A program made the translations under genes and the position numbers. Under the pieces are notes generated by a model. The model was not told the origin of the DNA. It was given only the letters and a program-made list of their open reading frames with translations, and did not search any database. This document shows, piece after piece, positions 25,162 through 35,679 of a stretch of 64,000 nt of DNA (within the stretch, counting starts at the first letter, position 1; every line of letters begins with the position of its first letter). The DNA is from Pseudovirgaria hyperparasitica (taxonomy: Eukaryota), in the NCBI GenBank assembly GCA_010093815.1, contig ML996573.1; one strand, given 5' to 3'.

Positions 25162-27294
25162 TCAGTACTTATGGTCTACCTGGACACTTTCCAGCTCGTC
25201 GTCATCGTCATGATGCTCATCCAAAAATACTAGCTCCAGCCCCTTTCCATGCCTTGCCCGGATTCCGACTGGCTGGCGGAACGTCTTTGATGACTCTATT
25301 CCCGCACTGGCACTTTTCAGGCATTCTGGTGTCTTAGAGTTTAGTGCTAGTGCTATGACTTCGGCAACTGAGTCCCAGCTGTTTGAGCTTATGCCTGTTG
25401 TGAAAGTGTAGAGGGTGTGGAGAATCGCGAGAGCGCAGTAGGTAGCAAGAACAAAGATAGACCCTTTTTCTATCATATTGCCGAGATACCACCCTCGTCC
25501 TGCATAGTAACTTTCCGCTTTGATTTCGTAGACTTCAGTGGAAGTGCCGCTTGCGTTGAAGAGTGCGTCGAGATCACTGTTGCTATAGATCTTCGATAGA
25601 CCTGCAACGACAATGCTCGAGAGCCATATTTCGGGAAGTGCTTGACTATATCTTGCCTCAGCCGCAATGCGGAGGCTTCGCGATAGATCCATCGAAACAC
25701 TATCGGTGATGTTCAGCTTTGTAGGTGCGAATTGTTGCATGAAATCAGGACTTATAGTTATGACTTCCGCAGGCCAAGTAGTATGATTTCGCCATCTTTC
25801 CTCGATATGAGAACTCTGTATGGTCATCCTTTTAATTTCCCCCTCAATCTTTGCCTCATTGTGAGAAGTCGTAGTCATAGAACCCTCACCCCATGCTGCC
25901 TTAATCGCGCATGCTGCTCCAGTCAGTGGAGTGCTGATCAGAGCTATTATGGAAATGTTGTTCCGGAGTTCCTCGGGAGACTCAAACCATCTCACATGAG
26001 ATATATTCGTCGAGTAAGCCTCATGTTGAAATTCCTTCAGGGTGATATTGTACTCAAAATGGTCTCCTTGGAAGTTTGGGATGCGAACCTTCTCAATGTC
26101 GTCGAATTGAACGTAGCCGGCATCCGTGGTATAGAAATTTGTAACGTAGCATTGGGAAGTGGCATAAGGAAGTTTTACAGACGGAAATTCGAAAGTGACC
26201 GGGATTCGCTTTCTGGCGTCCACAGACCCTCCATGTGCGCGCATATTATACACTGATAGTCTGCCCAGGTAGTCTGCTGCCCGAAAGTTTTGTGTGCTAG
26301 CCACTAGAGAGGCACCAAGAGGCCTAGTGAACGTATGGTTCAGACTGTTTACCAGCTCGGCCACGTAGTGGCCGAAGCCAGAGTAAGAGTCGGAATTACC
26401 CGGTGATTGCACCCACACCCGCAATTGCCTGAGGACGAAAGCTCCTCCAAGATCTGTAGATATCTCTCCGTCGGTAAACTCGTTATTGTGAGCTATATTC
26501 GTGATAGTGGAGATCGCTTCGAAGTCGTTAGGTGAACAGTAGTAATCAATCGTGTCCTCATCACCACTTTGAAAGTATGCAGAACAATTGTTCGGAACGT
26601 GGTGCACATCGAGATTACGAGGAAACAGATCATCTGCTGAGCCTGCTTGATTGGGGTGAGGTGGGACATCGGGAACTATGCTGAATCTTCCGGCTCTCGG
26701 TAACATTGCAACTGTACTTGACGGTCCCACGGTGAATGCCATAAACACAGAATAAAGGACGACTTCTGCATAGGTACAATGCGTCCAGGCACTTCCCGGT
26801 TTCCTTGGAGAGCATGCCAAACCCCAATGCTCCGAGGAAAAAAAATATGCAGGGCCTGTGGCCTGAAAGAGGGCGACAAGCCCGCCGAACGGCAAACCGT
26901 GTCTTTGTAGAAGATGATTCCGCACCCAAGTCGCGAGCATAGCAGCAATAGACATTTGCATCAGTATCTCGTGGGCCTTCGAGATAAATGGTAGAAGATC
27001 GTACCAATCCGATTCAACGACAATAAATTGCGATCGCCAGTTGAGCTGTATTAGATATAGAGATGTGCCAACGGGAACGAAGTGTATCGAGGACCGGATG
27101 AGTGCCTTGAAGCGAGATTGATCGATCGCCACTTTGCCGGTCTCTTTCGCCTGGCGGTGTTTCGGAATATTGAAAATCTGTAGACTGAGAGATCTAAGCA
27201 ATATGCTGAGCCATATATATGGCTGGAAATTGCGTATAAAGACATTGCTTTCTGGGAGTTGGCGACGCAGTAGGGGCGGCAATAGTCTCTCCAT
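25162..27294 (-). CDS. Uncharacterised fungal multi-pass membrane protein, about 710 aa
   Basis: Long ORF with N-terminal TM segments (KAHEILMQMSI, GLPFGGL), a large loop rich in N-glycosylation sites, and a C-terminal TM followed by SWDSVAEVIALALNS. First ATG is at 27294, with an upstream intron-like segment at 27364-27308. Confidence 0.8.
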   Translation of the reverse strand: MERLLPPLLRRQLPESNVFIRNFQPYIWLSILLRSLSLQIFNIPKHRQAKETGKVAIDQSRFKALIRSSIHFVPVGTSLYLIQLNWRSQFIVVESDWYDLLPFISKAHEILMQMSIAAMLATWVRNHLLQRHGLPFGGLVALFQATGPAYFFSSEHWGLACSPRKPGSAWTHCTYAEVVLYSVFMAFTVGPSSTVAMLPRAGRFSIVPDVPPHPNQAGSADDLFPRNLDVHHVPNNCSAYFQSGDEDTIDYYCSPNDFEAISTITNIAHNNEFTDGEISTDLGGAFVLRQLRVWVQSPGNSDSYSGFGHYVAELVNSLNHTFTRPLGASLVASTQNFRAADYLGRLSVYNMRAHGGSVDARKRIPVTFEFPSVKLPYATSQCYVTNFYTTDAGYVQFDDIEKVRIPNFQGDHFEYNITLKEFQHEAYSTNISHVRWFESPEELRNNISIIALISTPLTGAACAIKAAWGEGSMTTTSHNEAKIEGEIKRMTIQSSHIEERWRNHTTWPAEVITISPDFMQQFAPTKLNITDSVSMDLSRSLRIAAEARYSQALPEIWLSSIVVAGLSKIYSNSDLDALFNASGTSTEVYEIKAESYYAGRGWYLGNMIEKGSIFVLATYCALAILHTLYTFTTGISSNSWDSVAEVIALALNSKTPECLKSASAGIESSKTFRQPVGIRARHGKGLELVFLDEHHDDDDELESVQVDHKY

Positions 27295-27516
27295 CTGTAT
27301 GCTATACCTTGATACATAACATGTTAGGCGACAGGATCGTGGGTCGAGAAGGTTTGTAACATACTTTGCTTTGCTGGATGCAGTAGCAGGAACGTTCACC
27401 AGCTTTTTTTCTGAAGACGGGAGACGATGTCTCTAGATTTTGATTCGGATGGCAGTTTGTAGTCAATCTTGTTGAACAACACAAATATATGTACTTCCTT
27501 AATATATAATTTACCA

Positions 27517-27746
27517 CTCGGTACGGCGCAGTAGCAATTGACCACCCGCATTCATGAGGTGTGAATATCTCACGGCTGTGGCCAACGAGCATAAGGCTAC
27601 ATGCATGTTCGCTATCTTTGACCTATAATATCCTCAGTACGGCGCAGTAGCAGTTGACCACCCGCGTTCATGAGGTGTGAACATCCCAAGGCTGTGGTCA
27701 ACGAGCATAAGGCTATATGCATGTTCGTCACTTCTGACCTATAATA
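27517..27746. repeat. Two tandem copies of a 114-bp unit (period 116)
   Basis: 27517-27630 and 27633-27746 align without gaps, with 13 differences of which 12 are transitions. Confidence 0.95.
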
Positions 27747-28081
27747 ATGGGACAGAATGTGCTAAATTTGGATATTGGGCACTATAAAAAGGCCGTAAGC
27801 GCCGGTAGGTTTCAGAACACCAGGTCGGGTAAACGGGAGCGTGCATCGACATAATAAACTTTTGATGCCACAAGCCGAGTCTGCAATCATGCATCATAAG
27901 TTCGAATCTATTTCGGGAACGCTTTATTATTATCGCGAGTGGTGCTAGTCCATGGACGAGGTATGTATGAGTTTTTGATATATTAATATGCCACCATCTG
28001 TCTTAGTTCTCCGTTGATCCCCAGCATCGTCATGTTTTGTGTATCTCCATGCCAAAATGCGAATGATACTCCAGGCTGATA

Positions 28082-29926
28082 TCAGGTATGGTTGATCTCC
28101 CGTGCATCACCGTACTTTGTTGCAGGCCACCTCTTCCTCCATGCAGGACCCCAGATGTAGACGACTGGAATCAGTAACGCGAAGAAGGCCATGATTCCGG
28201 TATAGATTAACATCGTATTTAGATAACCGAAGTCAATCATCCACTCGGAAACGCGGAAGGAAAGCACAAAAGCAATCAGAGCACGGAATGAAGCAATGTT
28301 GACCAATGCCGGGCCAGCCAAGTGGGGATAACTTTCTAGAACATAGACAGCTCCGACAGTGTTAGCACCGAGAAAGCCGAATGCCATCAAGGCAAGCCCA
28401 AAAAGAAATACAGCCCAATGGTAGTCGTCTGGATTCTCTCCTGAGATGCCGAAAACAACAGTGCCGACAATGCCGCAGATTGTGGGAAAGATGAGATTCA
28501 GCAGCTGGTTCTCTGGTACTCGCCTACCACGAGCTCTTGCAGACCAGTTTGCAATCCAGTCACCACCAACACCGGTGATGATGCCCATCAGAATAGCAGC
28601 GATGAGGACAGGAATGAGCAAGAGCCCGATGCTGTGAAATTTCCATGACCATGGTCGGGTCAATAACGCGGGTGCAACGCAGTAGCCTGCGGCAAGAGCA
28701 GCGCCAATCATGGCGGAGTTGAGCATAGTGATGAAGAAGATTTGAGGATAGAAGAAAGTACGCAATGTATCGACCAGGGCGTACGCCCCTTTCTTCCATT
28801 CCATCTTGCCGTGCTTGAAGGCAATGTCATACCAGATTGTTCGAGGTGTGTAGTGGACATTAGCATCATTGCGTGGAGTTCCATCTGTGACGTTAATCAG
28901 TTTGGGACAATTTCGCTCTCTAAAGATAGACTTACTCATTTCCGCCATTGAACGCTTGAAACGGGTTTCGGGCAGGAAGAAAACACAGCCAACCAGGAAG
29001 AAGCCCGCAGCGCCAGCCGTCACATAATACACATAACGCCAACTCAGCTCAAGAATCATGTAGGGAGACGCGATGCCGAGCGCGATGATGATGACGCCTT
29101 GCGCAGCGAAGCAGGCAGATATCCAGGTGTTCCGCTCGTGCACATGAACCATGTCTTGAATGATAAAGGGAATAAGAGACTCAACCGTACCAGCCCCGAT
29201 GCCTTGTATGGCACGAGCAGCCAGATGTTGACCAAGTGATCCTGAAAATCCAGCCCACAGAGCACCGCCGACGGCAATGACGCCCGTGATTAGGACAACA
29301 GGGCGACGCCCGGTGGCAATAGCAAGTGGAATGAAGAATAGATTGGCGATGCCAATCATGAGAACAGGTAACGAAGCTAGGAGATAGATGAGCCAAATGG
29401 GAGGAGATCCTGGGATCAATTGCAAGGCATCCAGAGGATTGTTGCCTTGGGGCAGACCGCCATTCATATCAATTGCCCTCAACAAATACGCTGGATCGTG
29501 GCCAGAGTAGTAGATAGAAAAGACTGGTAGCATGGCGCCTAAGACCAGCTCTGCAGAAGCTGCAAGAGCACCAAAAAGAGTCAGACAAAAGACAGCAATC
29601 ATCTTCCTCTTCAGAGACAGATTGAGAGGATCCTTAGGGTCTCGGGAAGGAGCAGGCATCAATATCAGCTTGCCATCTCGATACAGATCACCATTGTTGA
29701 TAAGAGCTTCGAATGTAGTTTCCATTGTATCGGTCTGATTAAGCTGCGCTGTTTTCTCTTTGTCCTCGTCGCAGTCCTGTCCGGAACCAGATCCGCTATC
29801 CGTGTCTCGTACTGTCGGCCTGCTCTCCTTGTCCGTGATAGAGGCACTGAAATCGTGCACTTGGACCGGTGCCATGTTGTTGGTTGAACGGTGGCCTGAA
29901 GCCGCAGCTGCGGCAGCAAATTCCAT
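28082..29926 (-). CDS. MFS transporter, DHA1/HOL1-like
   Basis: PAPSRDPKDPLN, GRRPVVL, HVHERN, LPETRF and PENQL motifs. Probable 51-nt intron 28935-28885. Start may instead be 29875. Confidence 0.9.
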   Translation of the reverse strand: MEFAAAAAASGHRSTNNMAPVQVHDFSASITDKESRPTVRDTDSGSGSGQDCDEDKEKTAQLNQTDTMETTFEALINNGDLYRDGKLILMPAPSRDPKDPLNLSLKRKMIAVFCLTLFGALAASAELVLGAMLPVFSIYYSGHDPAYLLRAIDMNGGLPQGNNPLDALQLIPGSPPIWLIYLLASLPVLMIGIANLFFIPLAIATGRRPVVLITGVIAVGGALWAGFSGSLGQHLAARAIQGIGAGTVESLIPFIIQDMVHVHERNTWISACFAAQGVIIIALGIASPYMILELSWRYVYYVTAGAAGFFLVGCVFFLPETRFKRSMAEMSKSIFRERNCPKLINVTDGTPRNDANVHYTPRTIWYDIAFKHGKMEWKKGAYALVDTLRTFFYPQIFFITMLNSAMIGAALAAGYCVAPALLTRPWSWKFHSIGLLLIPVLIAAILMGIITGVGGDWIANWSARARGRRVPENQLLNLIFPTICGIVGTVVFGISGENPDDYHWAVFLFGLALMAFGFLGANTVGAVYVLESYPHLAGPALVNIASFRALIAFVLSFRVSEWMIDFGYLNTMLIYTGIMAFFALLIPVVYIWGPAWRKRWPATKYGDAREINHT

Positions 29927-31809
29927 CTTGATGAATGGATAGAATTGGCTGTATGAGGGAAGTTTTGCTACATGTAGCCATGCGCTATGTCGGGCTTGAG
30001 GTTCAAATATCCCTGAAGCGTCCAGAAGCACATGTTCATCACAAGTGGCTGATTATAAGCCGGCGCAAGCTTGGTGTGGGACATGATGTATAGTACCATC
30101 AACATTCGTCTGAACGGCCTGAACGGCATTCTGTTACCCCGCAGAATGTGACACCAGGAGGTTCACGGTGTAAAAGGTGGATACGATAGATCGCCATGAG
30201 AAGGACGCCGTCGCCTGAAATAGGCCTATCCGGGCTGGAATGACTTGACTCTAGTACTGCTGCCGCGGCAAAGCCTGAGCCATGGAACCTTCATCTAGCC
30301 GGTGCCAAAGCAGAGCCCTGAGTTGGTCCTGAGCGCCAAGAGTCTGGGGAAGAGACCTCAAGCGAAAGCAGACGGGATCGACGCGCTGGACAGAACGGTG
30401 TTGGCGACGGTATTGAACTGATGTTTGCCTTATGCTGGAGTGAATAGCGCAATATTGTTGTCTGAACCGAGGTGAGGGAAGAAAAACGAGAACATGTGAC
30501 TGCGGAGACGTACTGGGTCACGTGTATTGTGATTTTATTATGGCCTTAGTATTCAGGCACCCTTGCCACTCCGCTCCTCACTAATCACTCACCATTGATA
30601 TAATATCCCTATGTCTCCGACAGCACGACGACGTTGATCGTGCATCCTCTACCACAACCATACTTCCGAGCGTGCTGTGCTCCACATAGTCTCATGCAAT
30701 ATGGCCGAGTTCCGTGTGAGGCCAGCTGACAAACTCTTCGCATTGAGACGCCTTCACGCCTTCATAATGCTATTCATCTACTATTGTCAGTAGCGCGGTC
30801 GTAGGTATGGTGGAAGGTGATTACTATCGGCCTCTGCCGATGTGGGACGAGACACTGGTCCTTGTCCAGCGCTTCTTACAATAGTGTGACTGTGCGATGA
30901 AACGTGGAATCGCATGATAGACACAATTTCGCTATTCTACCAGGCTGCCAGGCCAAGGGGCTTACGCAAGAGGTTTCTCAGTCGGACGCTTTTGAAGCGC
31001 CTGGCAGGTCGACAACGTCCGATGCATAAGAGAGCTCAAGCCTCAAGCGACTCTCCGCAAAAGCTAGGGCCTGACTCTTACCTGTTGTTGATTGGGTGGT
31101 AGGTTGCCCGGATCGACGTGCGGGTTTCACGCCACGACCCGCCGCCTGGTCTCACGATGGCCATTGGCTTCATGCAACCATCTCGCGTGCAAACATCAAC
31201 CCCATCTTATGCGGCTGGTCCAACCGCCTAAGCGATCAATCAGCTTCCAGTTACCTCCTGCCCTGTGCATTGTATTAGGTACGCACATCAAAACCATGTG
31301 GGGTTTGTGTTTCCACTCAATGTCGTTTCTCCCGCGTTGTTTATGCACAAATGAAACAAGTGATCGCCACGAGCGCGTATCGGATAACGAAGCATTGGCT
31401 CGTTGCCTTTCGATCAACATCTCTTATGCGTTGACGACTGACTTGGCTTTTGAAACTTTCAGGGACACCACTAATGTGTTTCTTCTACTTGGTCCACAGT
31501 CCGTTTGCCTGGTCAGTGGTCACTCTTGGATCGGTCGGAAACAATATAATATGGCGTAAGACCCTTCCGCTGTGAACCTTTGACATTGTTCTTCATCAGT
31601 CACTCACTTCTGGTATGAATAACTTGTAGCACTTCCGCGCTCGACCTCTCTTTTCCATCCCTCTTCTGTTTTCTTGCCAAGTGCAACTTCCATTCCCTAT
31701 CCTTACTTTTCAAACACTGCCTTTGATTAGGCCTTTTAGACCCTTGTTCAAATATATTCTAGCTGGTCTAGATACTGTCGCACGAGTACCACGTTCCTTG
31801 ACGTCGAAG

Positions 31810-32988
31810 ATGCATACCTCCACAATCCTCCAAGCTGTAGCCACAGCCTCGATGGCTACCTCCGCGGTGGCACACATGATTATGGCCAATCCTGTACCAT
31901 TTTCAGCAGACTTAATTCAGAACGGTCCCATTGACCGAGCTCAGTTTCCCTGTCAGGCTCAGCTAGGTTTCAACATTACGAAGGAGAACGTGATGAAAGT
32001 CGGCGAGAAACAGACCTTATCCTTCAAGGGAACTGCCGTACACGGCGGAGGGTCTTGCCAGCTCGTTGTAACGACCGATCGCCCACCTACTGCGAACTCC
32101 AAGTTCAAGGTCATCAAGTCAATCGAAGGCGGCTGCCCGGGTGTCGACGGCGGTCCATCTACCTTCGACTTCACCCTCCCTGCCGCAGTACCAGATGGCG
32201 AGCTCTCCTTTGCCTGGACATGGTTTGCCAAACTCTCTGGCAAGCCTGAAATGTACATGAACTGTGCGCCCATCACAGTATCAGGCGGTGCAAAAGATGC
32301 CTCTGGTCTTGACTCTCTCCCTGATATGTTCGTCGCCAATCTCGATGATGCGGGCTGTCGAACCGAAGGGAACAAAGACACAGCGTTTCCGAACCCAGGA
32401 AAAGAAGTCCAAAGAGCGTCAGCTTTCAATGAGGGAAAGCTCGAAGGGCCATGCAAAGCCAACAGCGGACCACCAGCAGCAGCCCCTCCTGCTCAAGCAA
32501 CGCCCACATCTGCTGCCGGCGGCAACGCCAACAACGGACAATACACCGCAGAAGCACCCGTCGCATCCGCACCCCCTTCGAACGACGGAGGCGCCGTCTT
32601 CGCACCAAGCGCCGCGCCCTCTGCCGAAGCCCCTGTTCCAGCAGATCCCATCTCGACACCGACAACGCTCGTCACAGTCACCAACGCCGCCCCTGCCCCT
32701 ACCGCCCCTGTCCAAGCAACTCCTCCCGCCATACCTACACCTGCTCCCACCCCTGGCAGCGCGTCTCCACCTGCCAACGGTACAGCATGCACCACTGATG
32801 GCGCCCTCGTCTGTAACGGATCGGAGCAATGGGGACTCTGCAACCACGGCGCGGTGCAATGGCAGCCCGTCGCTGCGGGTACAACGTGTGCAAACGGCGC
32901 GATCCAGGCGAAGAAGATGCGCAGAGCAGGTGTGAGCGCTGGTCGTGCGCATCAGCGGAGGTTTCATGCTATCAGCCATAGTCACTGA
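31810..32988 (+). CDS. AA11 lytic polysaccharide monooxygenase with P/A/T linker and C-terminal Cys module (X278-like)
   Basis: Signal peptide ending AVA followed by His1 (HMIMANPVP). AVHGGGSCQ, SIEGGCP, WTWF and EMYMNCAPI motifs, and a terminal CTTDGALVC...WGLC...GTTC module. Confidence 0.92.
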   Translation: MHTSTILQAVATASMATSAVAHMIMANPVPFSADLIQNGPIDRAQFPCQAQLGFNITKENVMKVGEKQTLSFKGTAVHGGGSCQLVVTTDRPPTANSKFKVIKSIEGGCPGVDGGPSTFDFTLPAAVPDGELSFAWTWFAKLSGKPEMYMNCAPITVSGGAKDASGLDSLPDMFVANLDDAGCRTEGNKDTAFPNPGKEVQRASAFNEGKLEGPCKANSGPPAAAPPAQATPTSAAGGNANNGQYTAEAPVASAPPSNDGGAVFAPSAAPSAEAPVPADPISTPTTLVTVTNAAPAPTAPVQATPPAIPTPAPTPGSASPPANGTACTTDGALVCNGSEQWGLCNHGAVQWQPVAAGTTCANGAIQAKKMRRAGVSAGRAHQRRFHAISHSH

Positions 32989-33499
32989 CGGGGCTGCGTT
33001 GTTCTATCTGGGGCTTTGACAAGACATCATCATCATTATCATCATCTGTACACGGAGTGAGAAGCAAGGCGTTGGGATCTGGCATCCTACACGCTTAGCT
33101 CTCACAACGAACGCTTGATGATGATGACGGTGCTGTCCCTGGAGTATTGCATTGTTATTCTAGGAGGAGATGGTAAAGAGAGCAAGACGTCGACGTGGAA
33201 GTGTTATGCTATATACACATATACATATATATGGACAAATAGAACGTACATAAGATTCAGTACCTACAAAACATCTCATGCACCACATTTCCTTCCCCCA
33301 ACCTTCGTCTGACTTAGATCTCCATCGATTAGTGGACACGACTTTCAGAGTGACAACAGTGGGTACGGCGCGCATTTACCGCTCGCTCTCGTAAGCCACA
33401 CACCTAATTCAATAAGGTTGACCACTCGAATAGCTAAAATAAAGTAACTAACCTCCATCTCTGCGTGCCGAACGTTCTTATATGCAGGAACGCGTGACT

Positions 33500-33890
33500 A
33501 GCACTTCAATGTTAAAGTAATATAAAACTTTGCACTAAGTTAATAAACTTATAAAAGCTCAAAATTCTTTTGTTCCCAAAATTATACTTATATACTTGCT
33601 ACCTCACCTACTTCACGGAGTGGTACTCCGAATATCGCTACGATGTTTCCTTTACTATAGCGCTACTATAGAACTAATAATTCTATTTAGACTTAGGAGA
33701 ACACTGTACCTGATTGGTCATGTATCTCTAATATATTACAAGATCTTATCACTGATATTTTGCGCGTTGCGTATAGTTTCGCCGTCAAGGATGGTACCTC
33801 TTGCCAGTTAGCGCGCCACACTACCCTCGTGTGGCTCCGCTGAACTCTAAACTCTGGACCTTGGCAGGGACACTGCCGTCTCGACACTAA
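33500..33890 (+). pseudogene. AT/TpA-rich, RIP-like degraded coding relic
   Basis: The frame from 33600 reads YLTYFTEWYSEYRYDVSFTIALL*N**FYLDLGEHCT*LVMYL*, with stops consistent with CAR->TAR and TGG->TGA changes. Confidence 0.4.
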
Positions 33891-34072
33891 TTACATATCC
33901 TCCAAAGCACACGGTAAGGAAAACCATCAACCTCGCTGTTCAAGTCTGTTCAATCATCTAACTAATGCTCTTGCAACGTAGCAGCATGCTTCCGTCAACT
34001 CCCAGCAACTCCTCTCTCACCACCACTAAAACCCAATGTCTTTCTTAGCCGCATGGACAACATAACTTGGAT

Positions 34073-34888
34073 ATGACACAGATCAAGTGGCCACCAGGCC
34101 TCAATAAAGATGATTTGGTAGGATGGGGTAACTTTGGCTTCGTCTGTTTGGACTCTTCATCCGGCACAGTGGTCAAATCACCTCACGACGAAGAGCACGA
34201 CGAGGCAATTCGCATCGAAATGGCCATCTACAAGCGTTTTGAAGAGTCTGGCAGTCATCCAGGACTTTTGCGATATCTGGGACCTTGTGGATCGGGCCTA
34301 CGCCTTGAGTTTGCCAGCAACTATGGTCTTCGCAAGCATATTCAAGAGAATGGGGATGAGATCACTGGCGATCAGCGGCTTCGATGGTGTCTACAAATTG
34401 CTGATACACTCGCCTTTGTTCATTCCAAGGGTGTTGTTCATGGGGATCTCCAGTGGGCAAACATTTTCTTGGACGGAAATATGAACGCGAAGGTCGGTGA
34501 CTTTGCCGGCTCTTCTTTGGATGGTCATCCCCTCATGGTTAGAGTAACTGCCAGTCATCGCTCACCGGGATCACTACTGTTGGCACAGGCTGACATTTTC
34601 GCTCTTGGGTCTACTCTATTTGAGGTCACTTGCGGTCAGAGTCCTTATGACGGACAGACGGATAAAGAAATCAAAGATTTGTTCGAGAAGTCCTTGTTTC
34701 CAGAGACGAAACATCTCGGTCCCATTGGAAACATAATTACTGGTTGCTGGAAAGGCAAGTACAAAACTGCGTATGAAGTCTGTCAGGATATCAAGGGTAT
34801 GCCACGCTTCTTTTCAAATTTCATGTCACCGCTAAGTATTGATTCAGCTATTCAGCTACCAGGCAAGCCTCCTTCAAGCACATTCTGA
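34073..34888 (+). CDS. Fungal non-RD protein kinase
   Basis: GWGNFG loop, VVKSP Lys, HGDLQWANI catalytic loop, DFAGS and ADIFALGS. Probable 51-nt terminal intron 34797-34847. Start is uncertain. Confidence 0.85.
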   Translation: MTQIKWPPGLNKDDLVGWGNFGFVCLDSSSGTVVKSPHDEEHDEAIRIEMAIYKRFEESGSHPGLLRYLGPCGSGLRLEFASNYGLRKHIQENGDEITGDQRLRWCLQIADTLAFVHSKGVVHGDLQWANIFLDGNMNAKVGDFAGSSLDGHPLMVRVTASHRSPGSLLLAQADIFALGSTLFEVTCGQSPYDGQTDKEIKDLFEKSLFPETKHLGPIGNIITGCWKGKYKTAYEVCQDIKGMPRFFSNFMSPLSIDSAIQLPGKPPSSTF

Positions 34889-35679
34889 TTGCGACTTTAA
34901 CTGATCTATTCTCACGTGATCTGTCTATCGTGATTACCTCAATCTCCAAACGCCAACGCCCAAATCACGAGCCAAATCTTGCTCAGTTAAGTCGTAGACC
35001 CTTTAAGTTAGGCTATTACATTTGTCGAGCCAATGACTATGAGAAAGAAAAGTAACGCAGGTGCATGATTGAAGGGCAGGGCACTACTATCCACTACTGA
35101 CAACTCATAACACAGCACACGGTCCAGTCCAGTCCACAACATACATTATCCTCCATCTACTCCTGCATTCCCATATCTCCGACCTTTGCCCTCTCTAGAA
35201 TCTATTCTCGAGCCTCTACTCCCCCCCTCCTCATTCTTATTCTCATTCTCATTCCCATTCTCACACACCACCTCTTAATCACGAGCCAAAATCCCAACAC
35301 ACAAGGGAGACCAAAATATATTGAAAAATAGACAAATGAAACCATGCAGGGTTTATAAAGCCCCCCCTAGCGTATCTTTTGCTTTGCTCTGCTGCAGCTT
35401 TTTTTCCTCTCCGTGGGATTAAGGGCTTAATGATTTACATGATTGAGCTCATACCATTGATTGATTCTAGGTAGTGTAGGAGGGCAAGAATACTTTTTTC
35501 TGTGGTATGAGCACGTTTGGTGTTGTTGGGGATTGTGAGTGGGAGGATAGCTTCGCTACGAAGAGAGCTGATGGTCGAGGAAGATATCTCGTTCAGCAGG
35601 GGCATATACATATAATATAGTACATTCGTCAGAAGTGCACCTGGACATCTAGTATATACAGTCGCACATAGCCCCCAGC

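Noticed and set aside
27517..27746. TPP riboswitch, hammerhead or HDV ribozyme, or 5S-derived repeat
   Set aside because: Lacks the CTGAGA/CCTGAT, CUGAUGA/GAAA and HDV L3/P1.1 cores, and shows no similarity to the 5S gene at 52482.
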